Origin: Octopus sinensis
Taxonomy: Eukaryota
DNA: 64,000 nt
Direction: 5' to 3'
NCBI RefSeq assembly: GCF_006345805.1
Contig: NC_043008.1
Location: 26,536,001 to 26,600,000, forward strand
The notes below the pieces were generated by a model that was not told the origin of the DNA, ran no database searches, and saw only the letters and a program-made list of their open reading frames with translations. Below are positions 1-13,464 of the stretch, in pieces. Made by a program: the position numbers and the translations under genes. Within the stretch, counting starts at the first letter, position 1, and each line of letters opens with the position of its first letter.

Positions 1-54
1 CTTATATGTGATGATTTCTCACTACATTGCTATCCACTACCTATTTCTGATGAT

Positions 55-1860
55 TTATTTGCATGACTAAATGGGGGAAATAGTTTTCCAAGATTGACTT
101 AGAAGCATATTTACAAATAGCTGTAGACAATTCAACAAAATAACTATTAGCAATAAATACTCATCATAGAATGTACCAATAAAACAGATTACCATTTGGG
201 ATAAAGTCTGCTCCAGGGACTTTTCAACAGCATATCATACTTGCAGATTTGTCATGCATCTTTGCATACAAGTTGAACATAAAGAATACTCAAAGAATCT
301 CTTTAAATGAATTAAGGAATATGGTTTTCATCTAAAACCAGAAAAATGTCAACTTTTTCATCCTCATGGCCGTTTTGTCATGGACGTTTTCCAGATCCTG
401 CTAAAAAACAGCAATTATCAAGCACAGAGATATCTAAACTACATTTTTTTTTTTACAAATGTTTAGTTATTACAGCTCATTTTTGCCTAAAATGCATCTA
501 ATAAGAATTCACTAAACTCATTACTTGTTAGCAATGTAAAATGGGACTGGTTTCCACAAGGTCAAGAATCATTCAAGAAATTCAAAGAACTACTTTCTTC
601 CAATCTGATATCGACACATTTTAATCCCAGAAAAAGAGCATATTATTGCTGCAGATGCATCAGATTACAGAATAGGAGCAGTATTCTTGCATAAAATGGT
701 TGATGGGTCATATAAGCCAGTTAAGCGCTGCTTCTAAAAGTCTACCAAAAGTTGAAAGGAAATTTTTACAATTAGAAAAGAAAGCATTGGCACTTGTTTA
801 TGCAGTGAAAAATCTTTCTTGCATGATATAGGGTAAAACATTTGCTCTTCATATTGAACATAAACCACTCTTGAAAATATTTGGTTCAAAATCTAGAATA
901 CTCAGCAATGACCGAAAACATCGCAATGGCTCATACAAATTGAAACTGAGATCCACCAAGTGCTAATGGATTTAATCAAATTTTTACCTGTTACTTTAGA
1001 GCTAGTGAAACAAGAAGCATGAAATGAACTAGTTCTACAAGAAGTTTTTAAATACCATAGGTATAGCGGTCCAGAAAAAAATCTGCAATGAAGATATGTA
1101 ACTATTCTACTTGAAACATGATTATCTTTCAGTTGTTGATGATTGTTTAATGATGACTAATCATGTTATTTTAGACAGTCTTAAAAAGTTGCTACTCAAA
1201 CAATTTCCTGCACATCATCCAGGAACTTCAAGAATGAAGACTTTAGCAAGACATGACATTTATTGGTCAGGACTTGGCAAAGATATTGATTCTCTTGTGC
1301 AAGCATGTTCAAAATGTACAAAAGACTCAAAATTATCGATTGAGGTAAGAATTACTTGGTCAGTTCTGAAAATACCATGGTATAGACTACACATAGATTT
1401 TGTGGGACCTAATAATAGTAACTACTTTTTGATCATGGTCAATGCATTTTTTAATGGTCAGAGGTTTTCATTATATATCAAACAACAATTTTTTCCACAA
1501 TACAAAAGCTATACCAAGCTTTTTCAAATATTTTGGTCACCAGAAGTTTTAGTGTTGGATAAGAGGCCACAATTCACAACATTTTCTAAGAAAAATGCCA
1601 TGGATCATTTAAGAACTCTTCCATATCATCCTCAATCCAATGGATTGGATTAGTAGAGAGATCCATGGATATCTTTAAGCATTCATTATCCAAACTGAGG
1701 GGAGTGGCAAGTTAGAAGAAAATTTGCAACTATTTTTAATGAACTACTGAATAATACCAAATTCTGCCGTGCCTGTGAATAAGTCATCTCTAGAAATAAT
1801 GTTTCAAAGACAAATTCTAGTATACGTATTTGATATTAGACCAGATCATCCCAAGTGACA
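55..1860 (+). mobile_element. Decayed Ty3/Gypsy LTR retrotransposon pol (RT, RNase H, integrase)
   Basis: Translated motifs, broken by stops and frameshifts: FSKIDL..AYLQI, RLPFGIKSAPGTFQQ, AADASDYRIGAVF, EKEALALVYAVK, integrase zinc finger HHPGTSRMKTLAR..YWSGL..C..C, RLHIDFVGP, YHPQSNGL (ORF 1111-1653). Confidence 0.85.
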
Positions 1861-2559
1861 AGATGGCCTGGTGATAAAGCAGAGAAGTAACATCATGTAT
1901 AAAGTAACCATATCATGTATAAAGTAACCACTCAGAAACCATATCATCAAAATTAAGAAAATTCAGTCAAAATAGAAAGCTTGCAGAACACATGCAGGTA
2001 AACCCTCAAAATAAAACTTATTCATATACGAACTGTTCATCGTTGAATAAAAGGAGAGATAAGACAACTCCAGTTGTCTTGACACAAAACATTGTTTCTT
2101 AATTGTCTATTTTTGATTATCCAATCATTTGACACAATTCTCTCATGTGTTTTCCTACTCCCACATTCTTTATCATTTAGCTTACACCTGTTCAACCAAC
2201 TGGGTGACATCTTATTGACTCTATCAGGTTATATTTGTTATACATTGACTCATTTTATGGATTTATTCTTTTTTACCTTGGAGCACTTTTCTGTATTGTC
2301 TTATTCATTTACATCGTAGACAATTGAAATTACAGTTTACCATTTTGCATTTTATTTTAGAATTATTGCAGTATTTTTTTTATTCATTAAGAAAATCATT
2401 ATCTGAGCACAACATCATTATTTGTTCCTACATTATAACACTTCTTACCACACAACCAGTGAGACAATGTGTGGGTGAGTACTGAGATATTATTTGCGAG
2501 AAGACTATTTAGGATGATGAAGGCCATTACTATAGAAGACAAAAATATAGTATAGAACT

Positions 2560-3120
2560 GCTATTATGAAATGCTGCTGAACAAGGAGAATATATGGGAT
2601 AAAGGAGATCAAAAACTGAAAGTTACAACAGCATGGTAGATAGCGATATCAAGGGCATGAAAAGAGAGATAGCCACATCAAGGATAGTTGCAGAGATTCT
2701 TAAAATATCTGGTGTGGTAGGACATGCAATCACTTCTTGAATAATTAATCAAGTCATACATGAAGGTTTCAAACCCAATGACTGGCATAGCTATATCATT
2801 GTAAACTTCTACAAAAGGAAAGGTGATGTAGAAGAGAGATAAGACTATAGGGGAAATAATCTACTAGATCAGGTTATGGAGATCATGAAGAGAGTCATAG
2901 CACAATTAATCCATAATAGAGGAGACCTAGATGAGATGCAGTTTGGCTTTGTCTCCAGAAAAGTCACATAAGATGCAATTTTTCTAGTTAAGACTAAACC
3001 ATTATTCATGGCTTTTGTTTATTGGGAGAAAGCATTTAACAGTGCACCACACCCAATAATTTGATGGTCATTGAAGAAATTAGTTGTAGACAAATGGATT
3101 TCAAGGGATGTACATGTAGG
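2560..3120 (+). mobile_element. RTE-clade LINE reverse transcriptase fragment (decayed)
   Basis: Translates to YKRKGD..DYRG..LLDQVMEIMKRVI, DEMQFGF, WEKAFN, ..WSLKKLVVDKW, typical of the RTE RT N-terminal half. Confidence 0.7.
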
Positions 3121-3639
3121 AAGATGCAGTAAGTAAATTTCAAGTGATGGAAAAAAAGGCATTGGACAGGTGATGCATACCTTGCGGGCAGATAAATTAA
3201 AAGATAGCTTTATTTTTCATTTCCAGTGAAGAACCTTGCACATTGAAGAAACTACTTATATTTCAATTGGTTTTTGGGAAAATGTTAACGTATAAGTTGG
3301 GAAAGAAATTTGAATGTTATTTTAGTGGGATTTTGGAAAGTTCAACATATAATTTGCATATGAGTAAATAAATGATTATTCAAATAATAATCCTGATTAT
3401 GAAGAAGAAACTGAACAAAATGAAATACTTGTAGAAATATTGCATAGAATTTGAGTGTTTCCAATGTCTTTCAATGATGGCAAGTGAATCAAACATACTG
3501 TAGTTCGTTATGGGATATAAATAATATGATCATTTGCTTATCAGGAAATTTGTAAGTTTGATTTAAAATTATTATTTTTACCCCAGTGAAATTAAGAAAT
3601 CAACTTGTATATAAACAAATCCCTCAAATCTATCACTGT

Positions 3640-3733
<94 letters not shown>
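3640..3733. repeat. (CA)n microsatellite
   Basis: Direct reading of the sequence. Confidence 0.98.
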
Positions 3734-3737
<4 letters not shown>

Positions 3738-4269
3738 CACCATTTCTATGCATGTATTTATGTATGTCTGAAGATAACCAAATCAAATTTTCACCATTTT
3801 GTGCCACTCACCCAATGAGTATTTCTGCCAAATTTGGTGAAAATCTGTTCAGCTGTTTTCCAGTAATTTTGCAAACACACAGACACAGATGAGTGATTAG
3901 AATACCCTGCTTTCACTTATGTGTTCAGCGTAAAAGGGATTTAAGTTATGAATTTAATGTGAAGTTTGGAGGTCATAAAGGTTCAAGTACTCACACCCCT
4001 CTTATTCATCATAGAGGATTTTAAGACTAGATGCCCATGCAAACTCCTATATACTGATATTGTAGTTCTCATAGATGTGTAAACTAAACATATAAGTGAG
4101 ACATCTTGAGGTAAACCTGGGAAAGACAAAAGTTCTAGTGAGCAGCAAAGAAGAAATGAACCTGGTATCTTCAGGGAAATGATCTTGTTTGACATGCTGA
4201 AAAAATAGGTATAAACTTCATATGTTGTACTCAAAGTAACTTATGTATACAAAGGAAATGTAGTAGAAT

Positions 4270-5092
4270 CACAGGGTGACTATCCTTCCTTCTAAAGACA
4301 AACTCATGACCCATCACTTTCCTAAATGCAACTCTTCTTTTAAACCACTTTGCTTACAGCCCAGAATCATCTTACTTGTTATCAACCTTTTGTCAATTAA
4401 CAATGATTTTTCTACCCACACTTTCATTGTACACTTGATCCTACTAAGCCACTTAGTAGCTCTCCTCCACCTATCATATGTCTCTCACCCTTCTTATGCA
4501 CTACACTTGCCTCTCACTTCCCCCACTCACTCCAACAAGTTACCCAACACCATCCCTTTCTTGTCCTTCTCCTGTCAGCTGCTTTCTCATTACTGTTCTG
4601 CTGCTCCACACTGTCACTCATCTCCTATTCTCCCTCCTGAACCGTGTGCCCTCTGCCCCAATCATTTCTGCCCACTTCTTGCTTTGAATGTCCACCCTGA
4701 CACCTCATCCCCATTATTACTTTATCATTTTCCAACTTCACTCAATCACTCTCACACTCTTTTCTGAAGTATGAGGAGTCATGTAGCTCCTCCATAACAA
4801 AAAAACTTGATCTGTTCTGATCCCTTTTCTCATACTATTAATCCTCACTTCCAAGCTCCCACCCACTGGGAGCTCATAGTTCTTGCCAACAGCACTAGTG
4901 CTGGTGACACACACACACAAACAAAGCAACCATTACACACTGTAAAGTTGTTGGCATTAAGAAGGGCCTTCAGCTGTAGAAACTATGCCAAAGCAGATAT
5001 TGGAACATAATACAGTCCTCAGGCCCATAGGATCTAGTCAAAAGGCCTAAAGCATATCAGCATAGAACATGTATGTTAAATGCTGATAATGA
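4270..5092 (+). mobile_element. 3' UTR (CT-rich) and tail of an RTE-type LINE
   Basis: CT-rich tract similar to the reverse complement of 15216-15900, followed by the shared tail gttggcattaagaaggg...gctgtagaaac...gatAATgat. Confidence 0.55.
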
Positions 5093-5099
5093 TATACAT

Positions 5100-5173
5100 A
5101 CATACATACATATGTGTGTGTATGTATGTGCATGAATGTGTGCACAAGTGTGCGTGCTTGTTTATGTGTGTGC

Positions 5174-5218
<45 letters not shown>

Positions 5219-5330
5219 ATATATATAATATATATATATATATACATACATACATACATACATATATATGTACACATACATATGCACATACACAAAAGTG
5301 CACTCACACACATGCACACATTTATAAAGA
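5100..5330. repeat. (TA)n/(CA)n/(TG)n compound microsatellite
   Basis: Direct reading of the sequence. Confidence 0.95.
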
Positions 5331-6389
5331 TCTCCTTACATTAGCTAATGTCTTTTGTGTTTTTAAGACAGCAGTGTGTGATTTAAGGATGATTTGACTT
5401 CTACAGTTAGCATTTCAAACAACTTTGTAAAATCCTCCTGTTTGGATTGTGGATGATGGTTACTGCTTTCTTTACGCAGAGAAAATTAATTTATCAACTG
5501 TGGAGGTTACTTCGGACTGAATATTTTGATAGATGCAAAAATACAAATTAATTAATATAATTGAAATTAACTGCTCTGTTTTACAATTAATTTGAAATAA
5601 TTGTATTTTAATGTTTGTTTATTCACTTTTACAGCATTTTGATAATTAACTGCATTGATTTAACGGATGTGTGTATCCATTATTCCATGTGTGCATGTAT
5701 ACATTAATCTATCTCCCTAAAGTTTTACTTTATCAGTAAATGTATATGTATGGTAATAGTGACTATCATAGCAAATCTAATTAGTTAAATAGGCAGTAAA
5801 GAAATCTTTGCTTTCATGAAATTTATCAAAGGCAGGCCACCTTTTGATAAATTGTTTCTGTATATTTTTTAACTTTCTTGAATATATTATACAAACCACA
5901 CTTCACCCACACATGACAATCTTCCCAGAGTCTTTCAGGCATGTGACAATGTAGTAAAGGATTGTTCCTTGAGAAGAATAAATGGAAGAGAGAAAGCTGG
6001 CTATAAAACAGGAGTTGGTGAAGCAGTGCTGAATAAGAGAATGGCAAATTTGCTGCAAACTATTTCAAGTGGTCTGCCAGGATTTTATGGGATGCTCACT
6101 CTGCAGATATTTGACTGCACTAGTGCCAAAAATAGAGTGTAGTATATATTCATCAATAAACCTGTGAGAAAGCCACTAGGTGGCCTGAGTAAAAGAGGAC
6201 AGGCTTGTTGCTGCTGTAATGCAGGCTAGAATTCAATCAAACCCAGGTAGGTCAAATGAGTGAAGGCGTCTGATGGGAAAAGACTTGATTGGAAGTTCCC
6301 TTGGTTCCCAGGAACATCAGTGATGATTCATTTCTATCAGTTCATTTCTATTGAAGTTGCTTCTTACACTAGTATCTCTTGACATCTAA

Positions 6390-7049
6390 GTGGACTGAGC
6401 TGTGACCAAAACCTATAGAAATATGCTGAGAAGACCCAGCAAGCCAAGTGAGACCAAAACCCATGGCTTATGCCATTGGGGTAACCAGCCCACTTATGCA
6501 TATCTTTCCTTCATTGGAAACTAAACTCTGCTTGTGAAGACCTGTTGAGGCAAGTGAAATCGAAATCAAATTCGATGACAGTACTGCATGACTGGCATCC
6601 GTGCTAGTGGAGCACTAAGAGCACCATCTGAGCATGATTGTTGCCAAGGCTGCTGACTGGCCCTTATGCTAGTGGCACATAAAAAGCACCATTCGAGTAT
6701 GATCATTACCATCAACACCTTACTAGTACTTGTGCCAGTGGCATGTGAAAAACAACATTAGAGCGAGGTCGTTGCCAGTGCTGCTGGACTGGCTCCTGTG
6801 CAGGTGACATAAAAAACACCATTTGAGCAAGGCCATTGCCAGTACTGCCTGACTCGCCCTCGTGTTGATGGCATGTAAAAGCACCCACTACACTCTCAGA
6901 GTGGTTGGCGTTAGGAAGGACATCCAGCTGTAGAAACTCTGCCAGATCAGATTGGAGCCTGGTGCAGCCATCTGGCTCGCCAGTCCCCAGTCAAACTGTC
7001 CAACCCATGCCAGCATGGAAAACGGATGTTAAACGATGATGATGATGAT
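6390..7049 (+). mobile_element. RTE LINE 3' end with about 65-bp tandem repeats in the 3' UTR and a (GAT)n tail
   Basis: ORF end ..EKTQQAK*, then about 4.5 units starting tgactggc (6590-6890), then tail ggagtggttggcgttaggaag...aacgatgatgatgat shared with about 10 other loci in the window. Confidence 0.75.
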
Positions 7050-7907
7050 ATATTGCTTTCCACAGAAAACTGTGACAGGATAATTTCCCAGTTATTAATC
7101 TTGTATTCTATTAACTTGTTCATCATTATACTTTAAACATCAGCTTAAATTTATATCAATTAGGAAATCTAATTTAGAAAACATAAGCAACACCAGTACA
7201 TAACACTTTTGGCATAACAAACCACTATCTGGCTCCTCAATCTGCCAGAAATAACCATCAAATTTCATTTAAATTACAAACTAATTATTTGCAAAAAGAA
7301 CAGATAAGATAATCTGATCCTGAATAAGTACATAGTAAAAAAAATGGTGACTGCTGGAATGTTTTTAATCAAGCCTCTAATCTAATTGATGAAGATTGAT
7401 TTATGGTTAAACAATAACAATATATTTTATAATGAGCCAGTGGAGGTGTTGTGCGATTGTTCAGTGCTAGAGAAAGTAGCTGAATCTTACTCAGATCACA
7501 TTTTGCTATCTTAAAGAATAAAGTGACACATTGTATAGTGTAAGCAATGTACACAATTGTTGTCGTCATCATAATCATCATCACCATCACTATCATCATC
7601 ATTACTGTTTTCCTTAGCCTTAACGTTTTTGCTTTTCATGCTGGTATGTGTTAGACGCTATATTTTATGGTCAGATGCCAATTTTTTCACTTGTTGCAAC
7701 AAGCATAGATACAGTGTACTTATTCTAAAGTCTGGGATAGACAATATCTAATAAAAATATTATGATGGTCATTGTTAGAAAGGTTTTGATCAAAATTTTC
7801 TCAATAAAGTCTACTTGATTGGAGCTGGACTTAGGTTAAACAACAAAATTTTCTTATAAAAGGTATGGCACTTTACTAAAGCATGTGGGTTTGAAAGCCG
7901 AAACCCA

Positions 7908-9128
7908 AGTGGGTCAACTGAAAAGTTCATAAGCTGAACAAGATACTCTCATGGAATATGACCATTTTTTCAACATAGTCCCCTTTTTAATCCACACAAT
8001 TCTACCATTGGTGTTACAGTGCTTCACTCTCCTTGATGCAGAAGCTTTCATCCTGCTGGTTAAAAAAAAACTCAACAGCAGAAATTATGTCATCATCATT
8101 GTGTTTTTCCATGTTGTGGAACAGATGATTGTCAGATGGGGCCAAATCAGGAGAATAACAGTGGTGATTAACCAGTTCAAAGCTGCAGTCACACACAGCA
8201 ATCAATAAAAGTAAGGACTTGTGTATTGGAACATTGTCCCCATGAAACAAGACACCTTTCATCAGTTTTACTGAGTGTTTGGTCTTGGTAGTCTTTCATA
8301 ACTGTCTCAACAAGTTGACATTGTATTCTCCATTTATGGTGTGTCCCTTTTGAAGATAGTCAATAAGCACAATACCTATTGCATCCCCAAAACTGAGGCT
8401 GTCACCCTCCCTGCCGATGAAAACCTTGGCCTTCTTTGGAGCAGGTGAGGAAGTGTATTTCTACTGCATGGATTGTCTCTTTGTCTCTAGCTCAAAGTGA
8501 TGAACCCAACACTCATCTTGGCTTAGGAAACATATGAGGAAACCAGCTGGATCTGCTTCAAACAATGTCAGATTTTCGGTGATGTGATCAACCTGGTGTG
8601 CTTTTGATTAGGTGTCAGAAAGCTCACCAAGTAGAAAGCTTCATTATGCTAAGTTCATGGTGCAGAATATTCTCAACTCTCTCATGGGATATGCTAATAG
8701 CATTAGCTATTTGATTTATAGTCAATCACCTGACATCCATTGCCGTGGGGTGAACACAATGAATGTTTTCTTCAGTGGTAGCAGTTTCAAGCCATCCAGA
8801 CATTGGGTCATCTTCAAGACTTTCCCTTCCCCTCCTAAATGTTGTAGCCCACTTTTGCACTGTTGATAAAACTGGAGTGTCAGCAAGCATGTAAAAATGA
8901 ATGTTCTTGGGAGTTAAGTCCTTTTTCTGCAGGTATGCCAAATTTTGTCCATTTCCAAAAGATGTCAATATGAGTTACATTTAAATTCTTCTTTGAACAG
9001 TCAGGTGTCAGTTTACCTAAAAAGAAGCAATGCAGTTATTAATAAGAAGGGTTGAAAGTAATGCATGCAAGGTTTCACAACTCTAGCCCCATTCCTTCAT
9101 AATCAGCCTATGAACTTGGGTGATTGAC
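7908..9128 (-). mobile_element. Mariner (DD34D) transposon, decayed near-full-length copy
   Basis: HTH region STVQKWATTFRRGRESLEDDP; catalytic region DNVPIH, YSPDLAPSDNHLF; degenerate TIRs aagttcataagctga (7925) and tcagcctatgaactt (9103). Confidence 0.85.
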
Positions 9129-9860
9129 ATGTTTGAAATAGTTGTCAGATCTTATTTTTATGAACGCTACTGGCTAAAAGAAGGAATTTGAATTTTGTAT
9201 AATGTAGTCCTATGTATTCCTAAAAAGTGAGTATAGTTGCAATTGGAATACATATGATTACTGATCTGCTAGATCAGAATTGTGTTGTTAAACAACTTGC
9301 CAAAGAATCAGTCATCTGATTTTGACAAAGTGTGTGCTGACTAATCTACTTCCAGTCATATTTTTTTACTTAGTAATACTATTACTGGCTATAGATTTAT
9401 GCCAATGAATGCTGAGTCCGTTGGAAATTCTTCTGAGGATGGCATTTCCTCAAAAAAAAAAAAAGGTGCAGGCTAACATGAATAATGCAGTGAGCCAAAT
9501 GGAATTTTTAATCAATTGATTTACAGCTGTAATGATAAGAAAATTGTTGATGGACAACTTGCTTTGAAGAGTGACCAAGGAGAGCACTCTGATTCTTAAA
9601 TTGATTAAATATGAATTGGAAATATGCAGTGGAAAATAAGTGCCTCATTTTTGTAAGTGAGAACCCGTCATTTTAAAATCGTATTCAGCCTCTTTGATAT
9701 GGCATTGTCTAATATCATCACTGTTTAAGATGTTTTACATGTTGGTATGGGTTGGTCAGATTGACAGGAGCTGGCCAGCGAGAGAGCTGACCAGGCTCTA
9801 ATTGCCTGCTTTGGTTTCTATGGCTGGATGCTCTACCTAATGCTAACCTTTTTATAGACT

Positions 9861-9901
9861 ACTAGCATTATGACCCGGCATTGCCGGGTCATACTGCTAG
9901 T
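9861..9901. repeat. 41-bp hairpin (20-bp arms, 1 mismatch, 1-nt loop)
   Basis: actagcattatgacccggca-t-tgccgggtcatactgctagt. Confidence 0.95.
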
Positions 9902-9944
9902 GCATGTATATATGTGTACATATTACATGTACATCTATATATCT

Positions 9945-10153
9945 CTCTTTCTCTCTTTTACTTGTTTCAGTCATTTGACTGCGGCCATGCTGGAGCACCG
10001 CCTTTAGACGAGCAAATCGACCCCGGGACTTACTCTTTGTAAGCCCAGTCCTTATTCTATCGGTCTCTTTTGCCAAACCGCTAAGTGACGGGGACATAAA
10101 CACACCAGCATCGGTTGTCAAGCAATTCTAGGGGGACAAACACAGACACACAA

Positions 10154-10189
<36 letters not shown>

Positions 10190-10375
10190 TTATATATATA
10201 TATATATATATACGACAGGCTTCTTTCAGTTTCCGTCTACCAAATCCACTCACAAGGCATTGGTCGGCCCGGGGCTATAGCAGAAGACACTTGCCCAAGG
10301 TGCCATCCAGTGGGACTGAACCCGCAACCATGTGGTTGGTTAGCAAGCTACTTACCACACAGCCACTCCTGTGCC
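9945..10375 (-). mobile_element. tRNA-derived SINE family A (CORE-like), full-length, CpG-rich copy
   Basis: Homologous to copies at 27085, 48610, 50262, 52888 and 53655; tRNA-like head ggctgtgtggtaag..ggttgcgggttcagtccc; internal TA/CA repeat; (GTAAAAGA)-type tail. Confidence 0.85.
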
Positions 10376-10484
10376 TATATATATATACATCTACACATAA
10401 AATACAAAATACAAAGTTATATCTTGACATCACTAGTGATAACAGTTCTCAAAAAATATATAACAGACTGGAATTGTAGGCCCG

Positions 10485-11310
10485 TCTCTTGCAATTTCGA
10501 TCAATTGTATCTTGTCCTCCCTCTTGTATAGAAGTGTGGCTGCAATCCAGCCTACCTCTACTTCTGGGGGGACATTTTAAATTTTTATCCGGGATGTCCT
10601 ACGTCCCAGATATAAAGGTAAAAGTAAAATATTTCCACTTTGCAAGGTTCGAGTTGAGTACTCCCTTGCATGCTCCGTTGACTTGAACCTTGCTTCTATT
10701 GTGGCGAATTTACCGCCTCTGGTTAGATACTTGATATCTTTCATAGTCACACCAAGACACTTTTCAATGGTGCTTTCCTCCAGGTGTTCAAATCTTTTTT
10801 TTTTCTCTACATTGTATACTTTATAGACAATAGTCTTTACTTTAATTTAATTTTTCATTTCGTTTGGTGGTGTTATCCTAGATTCACCGTCTTTGTTGGT
10901 GATCATTCCGAAATAGGTTTGTATTTCTTCCATTTTAATTTTAATGAGTTCGCACCCGCTGACGGCTGCAGTGAAATTCATTTTTGGACAAAAATGCTTC
11001 TGTATAAACGGTGAAAATATTGTCAATTTCCCCAAGCAGGGACACAATTCAATTTTTAAACAATAACCAAAGCTCCTTCTCCCAAAGGAGGTGGGTTACA
11101 ATTTACAATTATTTAACAAATGCAGCACAACAACGTTTCCCTTACGAGGAACCAACAAACGTGATAACAATAGTTAAACAGTAATCATAATAACAACAAA
11201 CCTTATGGTGATCAAAAAGCAGTACACAGTTGAAGCTGTAGTCCTTTATGTATAAGAAATAAACCAACAGCAGTACTCAGTAGAAGCGGCTGTTCGAGAA
11301 AACAGACATT
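10485..11310 (-). mobile_element. Probable LINE 5' end with ORF1-like relic
   Basis: One frame open for about 170 codons with 2 stops (KTIVYKVYNVE..KCLGVTMKDIKYLTRGGKFATIEARF..LPLYLGRRTSRIKI*NVPPEV). Family assignment is inference. Confidence 0.45.
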
Positions 11311-11599
11311 ACATACAGCCAAACTTCATATAGATACTTAATGCTAGCTAATTAGCAGATAAACTAATGTAAAAGCCGTATTAAATGGTATGTGCACAGC
11401 TCCATCTGGACTATTCCATTTCTGCATACTAATTTTATTTTTAATTTATTCCCATTCATATGAAACCACTTATTCAAGTTCAAGTCATTGATGCAATTTT
11501 ATACCATTTGCTATTTTTACTTTTGTTATGTTACGATTTAATACTTTAGTTTGATTTTAATTATTACTTACTACATATAATTCAATTGTTATTATTATC

Positions 11600-11870
11600 T
11601 CTAATTTTTACTGTTAAAGTGAAAGTATCTGACATAAAATAGAGAAATGTTTTTGTTTCACTTTTAACACGTAATACTGAAATAGTGGAGAAGATATGAT
11701 ATTGCTATGGGCTCACCCTAGGCAAGAATTTGAACATTTTTGTTGCCCATGAAACTACATGGACCCTAAGTAAGGCATGTGTAAAATTTGAATGAAATTG
11801 GTTGTGTAGTTCTCAAGTTTTAGGGAAACACCTAGACAGACACACATTCTCAGTTTTATATATATTAAGA
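11600..11870 (+). mobile_element. Possible non-autonomous Helitron/Helentron-type element 3' part
   Basis: aaatttgaatgaaattggttgtgtagtt...acagacacacattctcagttttatatatattaagat ending; a similar motif occurs at 3780-3900. Classification is from recalled resemblance only. Confidence 0.3.
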
Positions 11871-11959
11871 TACTGGATGATTTTTACATGCTACTAGCAT
11901 GAGTGCTTTTAATGTGCCACCAGCATGAGAACATTTTACATGGTACCAGCACCTATAGA

Positions 11960-12450
11960 ACAATGCCTTCTTCCCTTAGCGAGGAAAGGAAGGTCTGTTT
12001 TCACTGTGTGGTAGCCATTTTAAAAGAAACAGTATGGAAGACACATGTGAAAGGTATTGTTATGGGTACCTTTGTATCCGGCCAAGGGTTGGTCAATTTT
12101 TTTAGTTACCATCTCAGCAGCAAGATCAGGCTGGAAAAGCGGTACTTGTCATGTGAGAAATTCGAAAAGAGATGGAAGCCTGTGCTAAGAAAGCTGGGAG
12201 TGATTGGCACCAAGGAAGTGGAGTCCTGGAAGAAAAGCAAAGGCCCTACCCTGATGTCGGATGCCTTTCCTTTGGTGTCACATTGCATAATGCAGTGTAT
12301 TTTATTTTAATTTATCTTTAAAGTTTTCACTTTTTCCATATTTTGAATCGATTCATAATAACGCTTTAAGCTACTTCCCCATTCTATGTTTGTCTGTCCT
12401 TGTTTGTCCCTCTGTATTATGCCTACATGGCAAATTTATTGAAATAAAGT
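11960..12450 (+). mobile_element. L1/Tx1-like LINE ORF2 C-terminus and 3' UTR
   Basis: ORF 11903-12310 VVAILKETVWKT..SGQGLVNFFSYHL..KRW; T-rich UTR ending in AATAAA near 12443. Confidence 0.5.
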
Positions 12451-13464
12451 AGCTTGCCTACCAATGACATGGTTCCGAGTTCAGTCCCACTGCATGGTGC
12501 CTTGTGAGTGGATTTAGTAGACAGAAACTGAAAGAAGCCCATCATATATATATATATATTATATATATATATATTATCAATTAATCAATTTAGGGTAGCA
12601 AAAAATTCAATAGAAATAATTTTGCCATCAGCGGTCTAGTGAGAAAGAGGAAATAGTCAGAGACTATGAATAAATTCAACAACAATTGAGGAACGGCTAC
12701 AATAGGCCTTTCGACCCACTAGAAATAGCAGCCAGGGCTCCAACCGCAAATAGTAGTAATTCCGAAATCTAAGGAAAAATTAAAAAAACATTTACCCTGT
12801 TCTTCTTTAGACAATGCATTGTTTCGGTGGTTTTTAATGGTAAACCAGCCTGATTAAATTAAATTACCTAGATAGATAGATACAGAGAGAGAGAGAGAAA
12901 GAAAGAGTGAGAAACTGATTAAAGTTGAATGCATTTTTCTATGTTTTTTCTCACTTAATTGTTGTGTTTAAAAATCCCACAGGCATCTGTTTTATTTTCA
13001 GGTTTTGATATCATTGCTGTGGTTGTTGCTGATATCAAGCCAATTTGGTCGTGATGATCTATGATTTATGATCAAAGGCATTTTATGATCAGAAGCAGAT
13101 CTATAATCAAAGTCTCTTATACTATGACCATCCTGCCATTAATTCACGCAGTACACATCTAACTACATAATGTAAGAACATTTTTCCTTGTTTTAAGACA
13201 ACAGTGTGGTTTGACGGAAATTTGACAGCTTTTTCTAGGAGACTGAATGACCACACAGAGGCTCCATCACTGAGTTATGACTTACTGTTTGATAAGCTAT
13301 ACACCAGTAAGATACTGTAGATGACCAAATAAAAAAATTATAACAAAGAGAAAAGGAATATGAAACTGGAAGCCTCTCAAGGGTATCAAACATCCTAATT
13401 CGTCTCAAGACTTAAATTGGGCATTTTGATCTGGTGAATTGTCATGCAAGAAATATTGATTTTA

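Noticed and set aside
3586-3892. ORFs rich in HT, CV or YI dipeptides (also about 5050-5400, 28440-28930, 53530-53940, 55825-56442)
   Set aside because: They are translations of (CA)n, (TA)n and (GT)n microsatellites, not genes.
5883-6140. 86-codon stop-free stretch on + and a possible 62-nt exon on - (6161-6100)
   Set aside because: No recognisable motif; stretches of this length are expected by chance in 64 kb across six frames.
6590-6890. Regularly spaced 65-bp repeats resembling a CRISPR array
   Set aside because: Whole units are homologous with no unique spacers, they sit in an RTE 3' UTR, and there are no cas genes.
12805-12860. Minus-strand GAAAC-AATGCATT-GTC with an upstream stem, hammerhead-like
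   Set aside because: The CUGANGA core has three mismatches and helix I does not form.
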